Origin: the human T2T-CHM13v2.0 reference genome, Homo sapiens
DNA: 64,000 bases
Direction: 5' to 3' (one strand)
NCBI RefSeq assembly: GCF_009914755.1
Contig: NC_060940.1
The position numbers and the translations under genes were made by a program. The notes under the pieces were generated by a model, which saw nothing but the letters and a program-made list of their open reading frames with translations, was not told the DNA's origin and did not search any database. Positions 17,810 to 31,892 of this stretch are shown piece by piece. Within the stretch, counting starts at the first letter, position 1. Every line of letters begins with the position of its first letter.

Positions 17810-18193
17810 CCCAGCCCCATTCTGCTGGTACCAATTTACTGTATTAGTCCGTGTGCACACTACTGATAAAGACATACCCAAGACAGGGAAGAAAAAGAGG
17901 TTTAATTGGACTCGCAGTTCCACATGGCTGGGGAGGCCTCAGAATCATGGTGGGAGGCAAAAGGCACTTCTTACATGGCGGTGGCAAGAGAAAATGAGGA
18001 AGAAGCAAAAGCGGAAACCCTTGATAAACCCATCAGATCTCATGAGACTTATTCACTATCATGAGAATAGCACAGGAAAGACCGGCCCCCATAATTCAAT
18101 TACCTCCCCCTGGGCACCTCCCACAACACGTGGGAATTCTGGGAGATACAGTTCAAGTTGAGATTTGGGTGGGGATGCCATCAAACCATATCA
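17810..18193 (-). mobile_element. THE1 (THE1C/D-like) MaLR LTR at 17840-18193 plus about 30 bp of adjoining internal sequence
   Basis: TGTATTAGTCC...AAACCATATCA termini, preceded by CTGGTACCAATTTAC, which resembles the THE1-int junction. Confidence 0.85.
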
Positions 18194-18909
18194 GGAGTCC
18201 TTAAATTTGTTAAATTCCCCACATGTCTCCTCTTCTGGTGCCTTCATTTGTCCCTACAGAGGTTCTCCGCGAAGCACTGTGCTTCCCCCAACTTGTTTCC
18301 CTTCAGCCTGGAGAACTTCTTTTCAATAGTTCTTGTAGTGCAGCTTTGCTGACAACAAATCCCTCAATTTTGTTTCACTGAAAATGTTTTTATTGCACCT
18401 TCCCTTTTCAAAAACAGCTCTATCGAGATACAGTTCACACACCGCAAAATTCATTATTGTAAATTTTGAATTAAGTAGCCATTACCTCAAACCAGTGTCC
18501 ATTTCCCCCCATTCCCAGCCCCTGGCAACCACGAATCTGCTTTCTGCCTCTAGGATTTCCTTGTTTGAGATGGCAGCGTGTGCAAATGGGGCGTGTCACA
18601 CTCAGTCTTTTATTCCAGCTTCTTTCACTTGCAGGATGGTTCTGAGTTTCATCCATGTTCTACTGTGTGTATTAATAACTTGTTCCTGAATAGTACTTCA
18701 TCATATGGATATACCACATTTTCCTCATCCATTCACCATCTGATGGGCATTTGGACTGTTTCAGTTTGGAGCTATTATGAATAATGCTGCTATGAACATT
18801 TACATATAAATCTCTGTAGACATTCATTCATCTTACATAGACACAGAGGGATAGAATTGATGGGTTGTATGGTGACTTTCTGTTTAATGTTTTAAGAAAC
18901 TGTCAAACT

Positions 18910-19265
<356 letters not shown>

Positions 19266-19347
19266 TCATCAGCAGCGTATGAGAGTTTTCATTTCTTTAC
19301 GTCCTGCCAACACTTGTCACTGGCTTCAGTTTGCGTTTCCCTAATGA

Positions 19348-19673
<326 letters not shown>

Positions 19674-19718
19674 GATGTTGAGCATTTTTTGTGTTTATTT
19701 TTACTTTTTTCCTTTTAA

Positions 19719-19877
<159 letters not shown>

Positions 19878-22051
19878 TAATCTTTGGTGAACTGTCTAAT
19901 GAAATCTTTGGCCATTTTTAAATTGGGCTGTTTGTCTTCTTACTGAGTTGTAAGAGTTCTATGTGTATTCCGGATACGAGTCTCTTTTCAGATGTACGGT
20001 TTACAAATATTTCCTCCAACTGCAGCTTGTCTTTTTATTTTCTTAATGTGTCTTTTGGAGCACACATTAATTTTGATGAAATTCATTTTATAAAAAAAAT
20101 TTTAAAAATAAATTCATTTTATCAATTTTTAAACTTTATAGATTGTGCTTTTGGTATCTCATCTGAGAAGTCTTTGCCAAACCACAGGTCATGTCATGAA
20201 GATATTCCCTTTTGTTTTTTCTTAGAAGTTTTCTAGTTTTAGCTCATACGTGGAGGTTTCTGACCCACTTTGGGTTAATTTTGCATATGGTGTGAGGTAG
20301 GGTCTAGGAGTCACCTTCTGCATGGAGATATTCAGTGTGTCAGTGCCATTTGTGAGAAAGATTATCCTTTTGTCCTTTTCCCTATTGGGGACTTGGTTTC
20401 TTTGCCAAGAATCACTTGACCAGATATCTGTGCATTCGTTTATTTCTGGACTCTCCATTGTGTTTTGTGGGTCTCTTGTCTAATCTTACACAGCATCACA
20501 CTGTGTTCGTTACTTCTGGTTTACGTCAGTTTTGGAGTTGGGAACTGTGTGTTCTCACCTTTAATCTGCCTTTTGAAATTTATTTTGGATCTTCTGGGTC
20601 CTTTGCCTTTTCGTGTAAAACGTAGGATAAGTGTATCAATTTCTGCAAAATAAAGCTTGCCGGAATTTTGGGAAGATTGCTTTGAAGCTGGAGCTCAGTG
20701 TGGGAAGAACTGCCATCTTCACAACATGGAGTGTTCCCGTCTGCGAGCCTGGCCTCTCTCCACCCGCTTATCTGTTCCCCTCCCTCCCTCGATGGCAGTG
20801 TTGTGGGTGCTGCTCCGCGGTGCTGCTGTCTCCCGCACTCTGGTCGCCTGTGTCTTTGCTTTCCCGTCTGTGGGTCAGCCTAGATCACCCCCGTTGACTG
20901 TGTCTGACTTTTTTCCTCTTTTCTGCTGCGTCTTGTTTGTTATTAGGTCTATTGAATGAATTCATTTTGGATCTTGTGTTTTTCAGTTTTATGATTTTTT
21001 GCAGTTCCACTTCTCTTTGCAATTCTCCATCTTCCCCACGTTGTTCATCTTTTCTTTGAAATTCCTTAATCTGCTTATTGCAGTGATTTGAAGGGCCTTG
21101 TCTGGTGATTCGGACGTTTGGATTTCCTGAGACTTCTTCCCTTCAGTTGGGGATCACATCTTTGTGTCCTTACATGCTTTGTGACTTTGAAGGGTTCCAG
21201 TCTTTGTCTTTGAAAGAATGATATTATTTCTTCCCCGGAGATTCCTGCCTTTCTCTGCCAGGCAGCTGCGGTGAGGCACTCGTCACTGCAGTCCAGTGAG
21301 GAGATGAGATGGGCTGGGGCTGGACTGTGGCATCGGCATCCGTCGACCCCAGTTTCAACGCCGTGTGGGCGAGATCTGTCCTGTGTGTCCTGGGCCTCCC
21401 TTAGGTGCTGACCCCACAGCACGAAGAGTGCCCTCCTCCCTCCGCCACACCCTTCGGTGCTCCGTGTGGAACACCGCGGGTAGAGAGGGCCATGGAAGGA
21501 ATGCGGCTCACCAGCTCTTCCTGAAGCTTTATGGGCGACGCGAGAACCCGCTAACGAGTGAGGAACTTAAAACGTATTTATATGTAAGCAAGAAATGTTT
21601 ATTATGGAGTAAAATATAAAATTCACATGACTCTTTTAAATAAAAGACTTCACCCGTTCGCTAGTCACTGCATGCCTGTCCATACTGGGAAGCATGCTGA
21701 CTTCAGGTCTGCGGGCAGCCAGGCCCTCCTGCCAGCTTCCCCAAGGTGTACATCCGCCCTCTCTGTGTAGCTGGAAGAGCCTGACCACTCACGTCTCTCC
21801 AGGCCACAGATCCCGAAGCCCTTTTCTAGCTCTGTTCACGATTGCTCTTCCCCTCACAGGCCAGACGCAGCTGTCCCGCGCAACATGGCTTCTGTGGGAA
21901 GGGGTCAGAGTTTGAGGCACCCCTTTTAGAAGGGAGGCGCTGCAGACTCTTGAATGTGAACCATGAGAACGCTGTGCCTGGAGCCAGGAGCCTCCGCCAC
22001 GGGCCCCAGTGCCTGCTCATCTTCCTACCGAGTGCTTCCTTTCCTTCGTAG

Positions 22052-22207
<156 letters not shown>

Positions 22208-22324
22208 TAAGTGAAAAGAGCCCACTTTCTCGTTCAGAAAGTCTTAAAGATCAACAGATACGACTTATTTCTAATAAATCACTCCTACTAAGTTCTGGGA
22301 AGCAGTGCTTTCCATTTCCTTTCA

Positions 22325-22712
22325 ATGTTCCCTCTCTCTCTACCCGTCTCCGTCTCTACCTCTCTAACTGTCTCTCTCTCTCTCTACCCGTCTGTATGTA
22401 TATCTGTAATCTCTTCCACGTCGATAGCTGCCTGGATTCTGTATCGCTCTCTCTGTCACACTCTGTCTCTCTATCTCTCTCTGTCTCTCTTTGTCTCTCT
22501 CTCTCCATCTCTCCATCTATCTGTCTTCTCTGTCTCTCTTGTCAGACTCTCCATCTCTGTCTTCTCTCTGTCTCTCTCCATCGCTCTTCATCTGTCTCTC
22601 CGTCTTCTCTTTCTCTATCTCTCCTGTCTCTCCATCTGTCTCTATCTCTCCATCTGTCTTTGTCTCCGTCTGTCTGTCTGCTCTCTCTCCTGTCCGTCTC
22701 TCTCTCTCTCTG
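22325..22712. repeat. CT-rich low-complexity / degenerate (TC)n tract
   Basis: About 390 bp of strongly pyrimidine-biased TCTC/TGTC/TATC units. Confidence 0.9.
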
Positions 22713-24298
22713 TCATGGCGTCTGAAGGACAAGGGTGAGGACAGTGAGCTGACCCGCTTGCTCCTGCTTCATCTGCCCACATGTCCCACGGCGCCTGCCT
22801 CTCCTATGCAGTCTCTCTGCCTTCGTGGGCAGCCCTGTGAGGCCTCCTGCCTGGGGCACGTTCTGCTGCTTTTCCTCTCAGCCCCGCTCCTCCCCTCCCA
22901 GCTCCCTGGATAAACCCCTCCCTCCCAGGACAAGCTGGTCTTTTGGGCCACCCAGGGGCGTGTTTGCTCTGCACTCTCCCATGAACCTGCAGGCGTGGGA
23001 ACGTTTCTTTTCCCTCGTGGCTGTTGAGGTGTGGTTCACTAACTGGAAACGCACACGTGTGGCTCAGTGAGTCTTCACACGCATCACAGGCCCGCACCTC
23101 CAGCAGAGTCGTGGGTGGGGTATTTTTTCTTTTTGTGAGAGGGAGGGGTGGCGTGGAGGGTGCACTGCAGGAACTGAAGGCTCCACTGCCATCCAGTTTC
23201 CAGTGGGATGTGTGTGTCTGTGGCTGCCGCGCGCTCCTCCCAGTCCCCAGGAAGTGCACAGGGAAGCGGCACCTTTGTTCCTGGAGAGAATTCCGGGTTG
23301 TCCAAGGCACATGTCTGAACCGCTTCGCTCTCTTTGCCGTTCCCTTGCCCCTTTTCTGTGAGGCCACCGGAGCCCATGGTTTTGCTGCTGCTACTGCTGG
23401 GATACCCTGGGGCTGGGCAGGCCCCAAGCTGAGCAGGGTGAGCACAACGTTTTACCAAATCTAAGGAACCAAGGGCAAGAACGAGGTCAGTGAAGGAGAG
23501 GATCAGGTGATTTCTGGGGTGACAGAGGCAATGAGACCTCGGCCATCTGGATCTCCCAGCGGGGGTCCTGTCAGTGGTGCCTCCTCGTAAAGCAGGGGCA
23601 GCAGCAGGGACCACTCCGCTCAGACCGCAAACAAAAGCGCCTTCCCTACTGCCCGTGAGGCTGCGGGAAATGCTGTGTGAGAGCGCGGGGACTCGGAGTT
23701 CTCAGGGCCCGTGTTCTCCTGCCAAGCCTGAGCTGACCCTGTGGGCCAAGATGGCTGCAGTTCTGCGGGTGGTTCTGAGCCCCTTGGGTGTGCCCGGCCC
23801 CACCCCTTGGGTGCCGCGGCCATTCACCCATGTCCGCGTTCTGCTGCAGAGCCTGCAAGCTGAGCCGGCTGTAGTCCCCGGATGTGCCTGGCCGCAGCCT
23901 GCAGCGCCGTGGCTGTTCACCCGTGATCAGCTCCGTGGTCGGCAGCTGCACGGTCACTGCTGTTCTTGAGCGTGGTTGTGAACAGCGCAGGAACTTTGCA
24001 GGGGACACCGCGGACCCTAAGCACATTGTTTACCCTCATTAGCTGTTGGACCTGCTTCCTTCTAAAATACACCCAACAGATCGTTTTCAAAAAACAAAGT
24101 CACGCCGTAGCGCAGACTGCAGCGTTGGTCCCGGGTGTCGCACAGTGGTGCTGTACCCACGGCCTGGGGCTCCTGCACTCGTGAAGGAGCTGCCACTTTT
24201 GCAAGCAAGGGCCGCCTCCTGAGGGGCTAAACCTGCCACCTTTGCACGCGAGAGCCACGTCCCAAGGGGCTAAACCTGCCTTTGGTTGTGCCGCGTAG

Positions 24299-24447
24299 GC
24301 TGATGGTCTCAGGCTCAGCTGCCCTGCCCCTCCCAGTGCTGGAGAAGTGGAAGAACATCACGGGCCACACCCTGCTGGAGCGGTATGGCATGACCGAGAT
24401 CGGCATGGCTCTGTCCGGGCCCCTGACCACTGCCGTGCGCCTGCCAG
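24299..24447 (+). CDS. ACSF3: ACSF3 coding exon 6 (149 nt)
   Basis: GCGTAG|G ... CAG|GTACGA. Encodes [10 protein letters not shown]...[11 protein letters not shown], including the YGxTE motif. Confidence 0.96.
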
Positions 24448-25519
24448 GTACGAGCACTTCCCACAGCTGCGTTCCTCTTCCACTGTGCTCTGAGCCCCCC
24501 AAGGTGGGCCAGTCTCGAACCACCCACATTCGGACTGAAGGGCGGCATGGAGGATGCTCCCCCGTGGGACAGGCCACTCGGCCAGGAGAGCACTCAGGAT
24601 GCACTGCGACCTGTCCCCTCTGGGTAGATCAGCCTTCTCCCAAGTCTCAGTCGGGTGGATGGGGGAGGTGTCTGTGCTGGCCCCTGGCTGTATGACTGGG
24701 GAGACAATGGGAAGAACAGCAATGCCTGGAATGCAGGCGTCAGTGCATGTCTCAGAGGAAGGCGGGGGGCCATGCTGTTGGCTCCAGACCACATCAGCAG
24801 TGGTGGCAGCCTCCGTCTGTCTGGAGTCCGGGTGCCACACAGCGCCAGCAGCAGTGCCAGGAGAGGTGGGTGTGGTGGGCAGGGTGGGATGAGTCAAGCA
24901 CCTGTCTTCCTTCTCTAGATGTGGGCTCCTGATACCGGGCCCCTCTTGTCCAGCCTTCCCTAACACATCCCATTCTGACTTTCATCTGACCCAACCATTT
25001 GAGCCCTGGGTCCTCCGCTGGGACTTCTGGGAACAGAGCCCACAGCTGGGGGGCCACCCTGCTGCTTTCTGCGCAGCCCTTCCAGTCTGTCTAGAGTAGA
25101 AGAGAGATCTCAGTGCAGACTTAAAGTGAGACCATCCCGCACATCTGTCTGTGCAGCTGCTTACCTGCAGACCCAGTAAAAATTCACCCCTCTGGCGTGC
25201 AGCTCTGTGTGTCTTAAGAAACATCATCACAGTCAAAATAGAGAAGGGTTCCTCGCCTCAGAAACTCCCTTCCTAGTGCTCAGCACCTCCTCCACCCCCG
25301 AGGCCTGGCCCCTTGTTCCTGTTTCTCTTCTTGTGGTTTTGCTTTTTCTGGGAGGCCACGTGGCTAAATCCTGCAGGACGTGGCCTCTGAGCCTGTCTGC
25401 TTCCGCCCGGCTTCCGCCCACAGTCAACTGCCTGTGCTGTGTGCGTCAGAGCCCGCGCCTTTCCCTGCTGAGTGGCATCCGTGGTGTGGGTGCGGCACCG
25501 CTTGTGACCCTGTTTTAAG

Positions 25520-26250
25520 CAATGACACGTGAGATGTTATCAACATTTGTGTGCAGGTTTCTGTGCGAACGTGGTTTTTTATTTCACCTGGGCAGATACC
25601 TAGGAGAGAGATTGCTGTGTTGTCTGAAGCTTTCAAGCTGTTCTCCAGAGCGGCTACACCATCCCCTTCCCCCTGCAATGGGTGGGAGGTCACGAGCACC
25701 TGCTGCTCCAGCGGGCGGTGGTGGTGTCTCGTTGAGTTCATGATTCTCTCATGATGGGTGGCGTTGAGCACCTCTTCCTGTTCGTGTCATTCCGTTTTCA
25801 ACTGGGGCCTTGGTTTTCTTGAGTTTTGAGAGCTTTTAAAATTCGGGACCCAAGTGTCAGCTGTGCGATTTTAAATATCATCTCCCAGCTTGTGGTTTGT
25901 CTTCCCATTCACCTAACAGCGTCTTTAAAATCAGGAGTTTTAGGTTTTGGCCCGGTTTATCAATTTGTTTTGTGAATTGTCTGATGTCATATCTAATAAA
26001 TCCTTGCGTAGCCCAAAGTCACAGAGAATAGTTTCAGCTCTTACGTTTGGGACCATGATCCATTTTGAGTTAATGTTTGTACATAGTGCGAGATACGGAC
26101 CACAGTTCTTTTTTAGTGTGTGAATGTCTAACTTTTTAGCACTGTTCGTTGAAAAGACTCCCTTCTCCATCGAACAGCCCTTTGGATCTTTGTTGAAAGT
26201 CCGTCGACTCCTGAGGGGTCGGCTCCTGGGCTCTGCTCTGTCCCATTGCT
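25520..26250 (-). mobile_element. Old L1 fragment
   Basis: ATGATCCATTTTGAGTTAAT and GTTGAAAAGACT antisense L1 motifs. Confidence 0.6.
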
Positions 26251-27410
26251 TTCCGTGTGCCCTTTGGCTCATTCCATGCCTGCTTGGTTCCTGGGACTCT
26301 AGGGTAAGCGTGGACATGGGGGTTCAGGCCCAGGCAGGGACCAGCTGGTGCCAGGCAGCGATACGGTGCTGGGGCCTGCAAGGTGAGTGTGAGGGCTGGC
26401 TGGCTGCTGGGCTGGGAGGAGGAGAGACTGTAGGCTCACGCCCCTTTGCTGGGCCTGGGGAGCCATGGGGGCTGTTAAGTGTATTCTGAGTGTAAAGTCT
26501 CGGTTTGGCTGGGGCATCCTGAGCAGAATGACAGGGCCATGGCAGCGAGATCCTCAGCTGCCGTGCAGAGCTGCCAGTGGGGTGGCCGCACAGAGTGCAG
26601 TGCCTGCTGCAACAGTGCCCAGGGCAGTGGGCGGGTGGGGGCATGTTGTGAAAAGAAGTCAGTGTGAGTGATGAGAAATACATCCTAGTCTCAGACCCCA
26701 GGAAACCGCCGTCAGTGCTGGTGGCCCCTGCCCTGGGCCGGCTCCCGCGTTAGTCTCAGACCCCAGGAAACCTCCACCTCCGTCAGTGCTAGCGGCCCCT
26801 GCTCTGGGCTGACTCGCGCATCTCCACGATGGCTGCGGCACCAGCTGTTTCTTCGGTGGCTAAAGCTCTCTGGTGGAAATAAGATGGGGACCTTGAAATC
26901 AAATGTGACTGGTCTGTTGAGTCTCTGTCCTTATCGTTGTCCTTCTTAGTAGGATGTGCTGGTTTTGTCCAGTGCCACCGGCCACAGTCACCACGTAATA
27001 TGGACGGAATGAGCAAAGCCCGGCTCGCTGAGGCTGCAGGCTGCAGGCAAGTGAGGACTGAAAGGGTAACGGGCTCTGGGCTTTGTCCTCTCTTTGTTCC
27101 GGACATGTGAGCAGGACAAGTTCTGTGTATTCAGAATCTGTCTGCACAGTTTGTAGTTCATGATGACTGTTCATCCACAGCATTGCTTTGTGGGCGTCCT
27201 CTCTTTTGATCTTCTCGAAACAGCCCCTGCGATGGGGTCATATTTTGCACTCACATACAAGAACCCATGAGCCTGCCCACGGTCACGCGGCTGGTGAGTG
27301 ATGCACTTCCCAGGAGCACGGTGACCTCTTCAATGGCCCTCACTAGAGAAGATGGACAGTGCCCCCCTAGCCTTTTTTACTGGAACAGATACAAGGCTGA
27401 GAAGCTGAAA

Positions 27411-27657
27411 TCAGGAGCAGCCCAGGGACCACTGTCTACACCGAGGGAGTCATGAGCAGCCCAGGGACCACTGTCTACACCCAGGGAGTCAGGAGCAGCC
27501 CGGGGACTGCTGTCTACACCGAGGATGTCAGGAGCAGCCCAGGGACCACTGTCTACACTGAGAGCGTCAGGAGCAGCCCAGGGACCGCCGTCCACACCAA
27601 GAGCGCCAAGGAGCAGCCCAGGGACCGCCGTCCACACCGAGGGCGCCAAGGAGCAGA
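27411..27657. repeat. VNTR, 39-40-bp unit, about 6 copies
   Basis: GAGCAGCCCAGGGACCACTGTCTACAC repeated. Confidence 0.92.
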
Positions 27658-27853
27658 TAGTAGCCCAGAGACCCAGGGGAGGCTCAGCTTCCCCACGCTG
27701 GAATCAGAACTCCTAGGCGAACAGGAAGGAGCCCCAGACAGATGGCACAGGGAGAGGAGTCCCCGGCTGAGGAGGGGGATCCAGAGACCCTGAAGCTTCA
27801 GGGTTATTGGGCAAGAAACCTGAGTGCACCAATCCCCGAGTCTTCAGCTACCG

Positions 27854-28229
27854 ACGGCAGGTTCCCTCGGGTGCCGGGGATGCTCCCTCTTCTCTAAGGC
27901 AGAGCCCACAGTAGGTTCCCTCAGGCGCCAAGGACATTCCCTCTTCTCTAAGGCAGAGCCCACAGCAGGTTCCCTCAGGCGCCAGGGACGTTCCCTCTTC
28001 TCTAAGGCAGAGCCCACGGCAGGTTCCCTCGGGCGCCGGGGACGCTCTCTCTTCTCTAAGGCAGAGCCCACGGCAGATTCCCTCGGGCGCCGGGGACGCT
28101 CTCTCTTCTCTAAGGCAGAGCCTGACGGCAGGTTCCCTCGGGCGCCAGGGATGTTCCCTCTTCTCTAAGGCAGAGCATACGGCAGTTTCCCTGGGGCGCC
28201 GGGGACGCTCCCTCTTCTCTAAGGCAGAA
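27854..28229. repeat. VNTR, 54-bp unit, about 7 copies
   Basis: CCTCTTCTCTAAGGCAGAGCCCACGGCAGGTTCCCTC repeated; 18-aa periodicity in the ORF track. Confidence 0.93.
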
Positions 28230-28936
28230 TCAAATATCTGTGATTTTATCCTTGCCTTTAAATCACCAGCAGTGTGAGTTCTTTGGTTTGGAAAAAAGTA
28301 AGTAAAGTCACCTCAGCATTAAATCCAATATGCCCCACAAAAACTCCAAAATGCAGCCTCCTGAGCCATGTTTCTAGAGGGCACGGTGGAGGAGAGCTTT
28401 CCTCACTCTCAGGCTCTAACCCCCACCCTGGTGGCCATGGCCTTGACCCTTGGGTCGGCTCCAGCCACAGGCTCTGAGCTCATGCTTGGCCTCGCTGCTC
28501 AGTGCACTGTCCGTGCTCGGAAGAGAGAGAAGCTGGGTGGAGGGTGAGCTCTGTCGTGTGTTATGGTTACAGGCCTGCTCCGTGCGGTTCCTGTGGAGGG
28601 AGATGAATAATTCATGGCCGACCACTGCTGGGCCTCGTCACACTCTAATTGGAGGTTGAGCTCAGAGGTGCTCACGGCTCCTGGGCCACTCTGTGGCATT
28701 GACAGGGAGCTCCAGGGCCTCATTGGCGGTTTCCGTTCCCTGGGTCCCAGTCCCCAGTCAGAGTTATCAGGGAGGGGCTGGCTGACAGCGATTTTAGAGG
28801 TGGGCTGTGGCAGGAAGGCAGTGCCCCCCACCTGCCTGCAGCTGCGCTCCCATCTACATTGGCCTTTGCGGGGCCAGCCTCTGTCCACTCTCTTGAGCTC
28901 TCATGTCCACACTGTCACATGCCCGGGGCACAGCGA

Positions 28937-29107
28937 GCGGCACCTGGAGTGTGGGGACCCCTCCCTCGAGCTCTCACGGGTGGCACCTGGAGTGTGGGGG
29001 CCCCTGCCTCAAGCTTTCATGGGTGGCACCTGGAGTGTGGGGGCCCCTCCCTGAAGCTCTCACGGGCGGCACCTGGAGTGTGGGGGCCACTCCTTGAGCT
29101 CTCATGG
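28937..29107. repeat. About 43-bp tandem repeat x4
   Basis: GGCACCTGGAGTGTGGGG occurs four times. Confidence 0.88.
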
Positions 29108-30760
29108 ACAATACCACTGCTTGGCTGCTGCAGAATCCAGACACCATCCCAGAGCCTCTTCAGCCTCTGCAGATGGTGTGGGACGGCCACACGGCCTCCC
29201 CACCTGCGGCCCCCGCCCCTACCCCAGCCGTGCCGTGTCCTTGCGCTGCGTCCCCGCCCCAGTAGAGGCATCACCAGGAAGAGGCGAAAGGCCGCCTGTG
29301 ATGGTCCTCTTCTTATGAAACGCCCAGAACAGAAAAACCACGGACGCGGACAGCAGACCTGGTGCCAGGTCTGGGGAGGGAGGGTGTGGCGGTCGTGGGC
29401 TGTGCGGGAGTTCTGACTAGGGGAAGTGGGGGGCTGTGCAATGTGTGTGCGGAACACCGCCGTGCCGCGCACTGAAATGGGAAGTCATGTGTTATGCGGG
29501 TTTCACCCCCATTTAAAAATCTTCAGAAGCAAAACATAAAGGAGGAGAAAGGATGGAAGAAAGGGGGCTGAAGCTGGCCCCGCCACACCCCCCATAGTGG
29601 TGACACGGGTTTCTGACCAGAGTGGAGGTTCGGGGCGTCTGCATACCTGGAACCACAGAGAACTCCCGAGGTGACACTCCGCACACCACACTAGCCCGGC
29701 TTCGCCTGCAGGACCCCAGGTGTGGACAGGCCCAGCAGGATCAGCAAGACCGAGCCGGGCACCGACAGCCCCTCACCAAGCGTCTGGAGGCCGGGACGCC
29801 CCATGGATTGCAGAGTTCACTGCACTGACCCTCGATGCTGACCCTTGAAGTGCCGGAAATCTCAGCGTGGACTCAGACATGATAAGCGTTCAGGCACTCC
29901 CCTGACGCAGGCCAGGGCAAAGGCCTCACGCCCCGGGATAGACAGGAAGTCCCACGTCTGCTCTGCCCCTAGGTCATGCCCGTGCTGACGCCACATCGCC
30001 AGGGCCGCACTCCATGAGCAGCCTCTGCCGTCCCACCAGCAACCTAAACCACAGGCAGAGCGAGGCTGCGGCAGCCCTGCGTGTGCCGGCGGGACACGTC
30101 TCGCCACCTGGGCTCTGCCCCCACCCCGGCCAGTGTAAGATATGATTTTAGCCACGTTGAGACTGTGCAGGTGGGATGGATACACTGAGCAAATCATGGG
30201 TGTCTAATAAATGAGCCAGTACAAAGTGTGGTCCACCTGCCATGCAGAGTTCAGGACAGCCCCTCCTGGGGACATAGGGCAGATCCTGCCTTAGCCCGTC
30301 GTGTGCCGGGCACACACAGGTCCCCTCATCGTGGACAGCCCCGGGGCCATCAGGGCAAGGCGCCAGCCCTCCCTGGCCAGCAAGTGTGTAAAAGTGGGAA
30401 TGACACCAGAATCTGTGGGCAGCTGTGAGGCTTTGGGAAGTAACTGGGAAAGTGATGTATGAGGGGCCCAGGGCAGGCCAGGCCCAGCGTGCCACGTGAG
30501 TGCCTGCTGTGCCACATGGCCATCACTGTGGCATCGGCTGGGCCTGAGCACACCGTGCTTGCCAGCCACGTATCGTGTGGCTTTTCACCTGCTGGTGCCT
30601 ACACCATCTTCTCTCTGGGTCACAGGGCACGTCGCTCCCTCCACACAGACTCCCGCACGTGGCACACGGGAGCTCAGCGGGATCCGAGCTCAGTGTGTGC
30701 TTCTCTCCTCCAGGTTCCTCTCACTCCAGCCTCCCCTTCAGTGTTTCTCCTCTCCTGTAG

Positions 30761-30873
30761 GTTCCGTGGGGACCCCACTGCCTGGAGTACAGGTGCGCAT
30801 TGTCTCAGAAAACCCACAGAGGGAAGCCTGCTCCTACACCATCCACGCAGAGGGAGACGAGAGGGGGACCAAG
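30761..30873 (+). CDS. ACSF3: ACSF3 coding exon 7 (113 nt)
   Basis: TCTCCTGTAG|GT ... AAG|GTAAGC. Encodes [15 protein letters not shown]...GTK. Confidence 0.95.
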
Positions 30874-31892
30874 GTAAGCCACTCTGCTCTTGGCAGGTGG
30901 GCGGCCGTGTGTCCAGTCTAGGCCCCCCAGGGTGGTTACACTGGTGCATCTTTCCCCTGGAGGCAGACTCCCCTCCACGCAGGGGACCAGCCCCCTGGAC
31001 ACTGCAGGTGCTGGCTGGTGTTGCAAGGGCACTGGCTGGTGTTCTGGGCCCTGCCTGCTGCGTGTCCGTCTGTGCGTTCACAGAGCAGTGGGCAGAGGGA
31101 GCCCAGGGCGGAACGCCAAAGGGACTCACACCCGGGCACACAGCTCCTCCCAGGGGCCCTGTCCACGGGGACAGGCTGACGTGGGCCATGATGGCCTTGG
31201 CTAAGCGGAAGAGATAAAGAGCAGAGGCCGTTGTTGTTGATGGGAATCTGGTTAGAAATATGAACTGGCCTGACCCTGGCACCCGTCCTGAGGGGACGCT
31301 GACCACAGGCCCCCATAGTAGGTGTGGGGAGATTCACGGGGCCCTGCACGCGGAGGTGGGTGCCTGTGCAGTGCTCTGTGGCTGCCTCCTTGTCTTGTGC
31401 GTTATTCTAAAGCTGACAAGGGTGAACAAGAACAAAGGACATTGTCTCATTTCTGTGAGGATTTTAACATGAGAGTCTGCTCATCACACGTGAACTCATC
31501 ACAGAGAAAGGTTTAGGGATTATGGGGAAATGGAATCTTGATTTAAAAGGAAATTATTTTCTCTGAAGCCAGTATCCACACCTGATACCACACATGATTG
31601 ACTGTGTTGCCCTGAGGTTTTCAAAGATCGAGGGATCCTGAGTCTCATCTCTGTGCATTTCCTTCTCTGTGACACCATCTTGGCCCTCACGGGCACAACT
31701 GAGCTCCCTGTGCAGAGGCTGAGGGGCCGTGGGCCTTGCTCTCGTGAGTGAACAGCCACACGCCCTCCTTGTACCTTGGTTTCCACACATGACCACGTGA
31801 GGGTTGGAGCGATGGTCGTGGTTGGACGTTTTAGCTCCAGCAACCAAGTAGGATGTGGGTGGCTTTCAGTGTCATTAAATGACACTGAAAGG

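Noticed and set aside
17238-18161. 307-aa ORF
   Set aside because: A mosaic of a 36-bp repeat, L1-like sequence and the THE1 LTR; no coherent protein.
27411-28229. CRISPR-like appearance of the regular repeats (also 35757 and 47173)
   Set aside because: Head-to-tail units without unique spacers, no cas genes, primate context: these are VNTRs.
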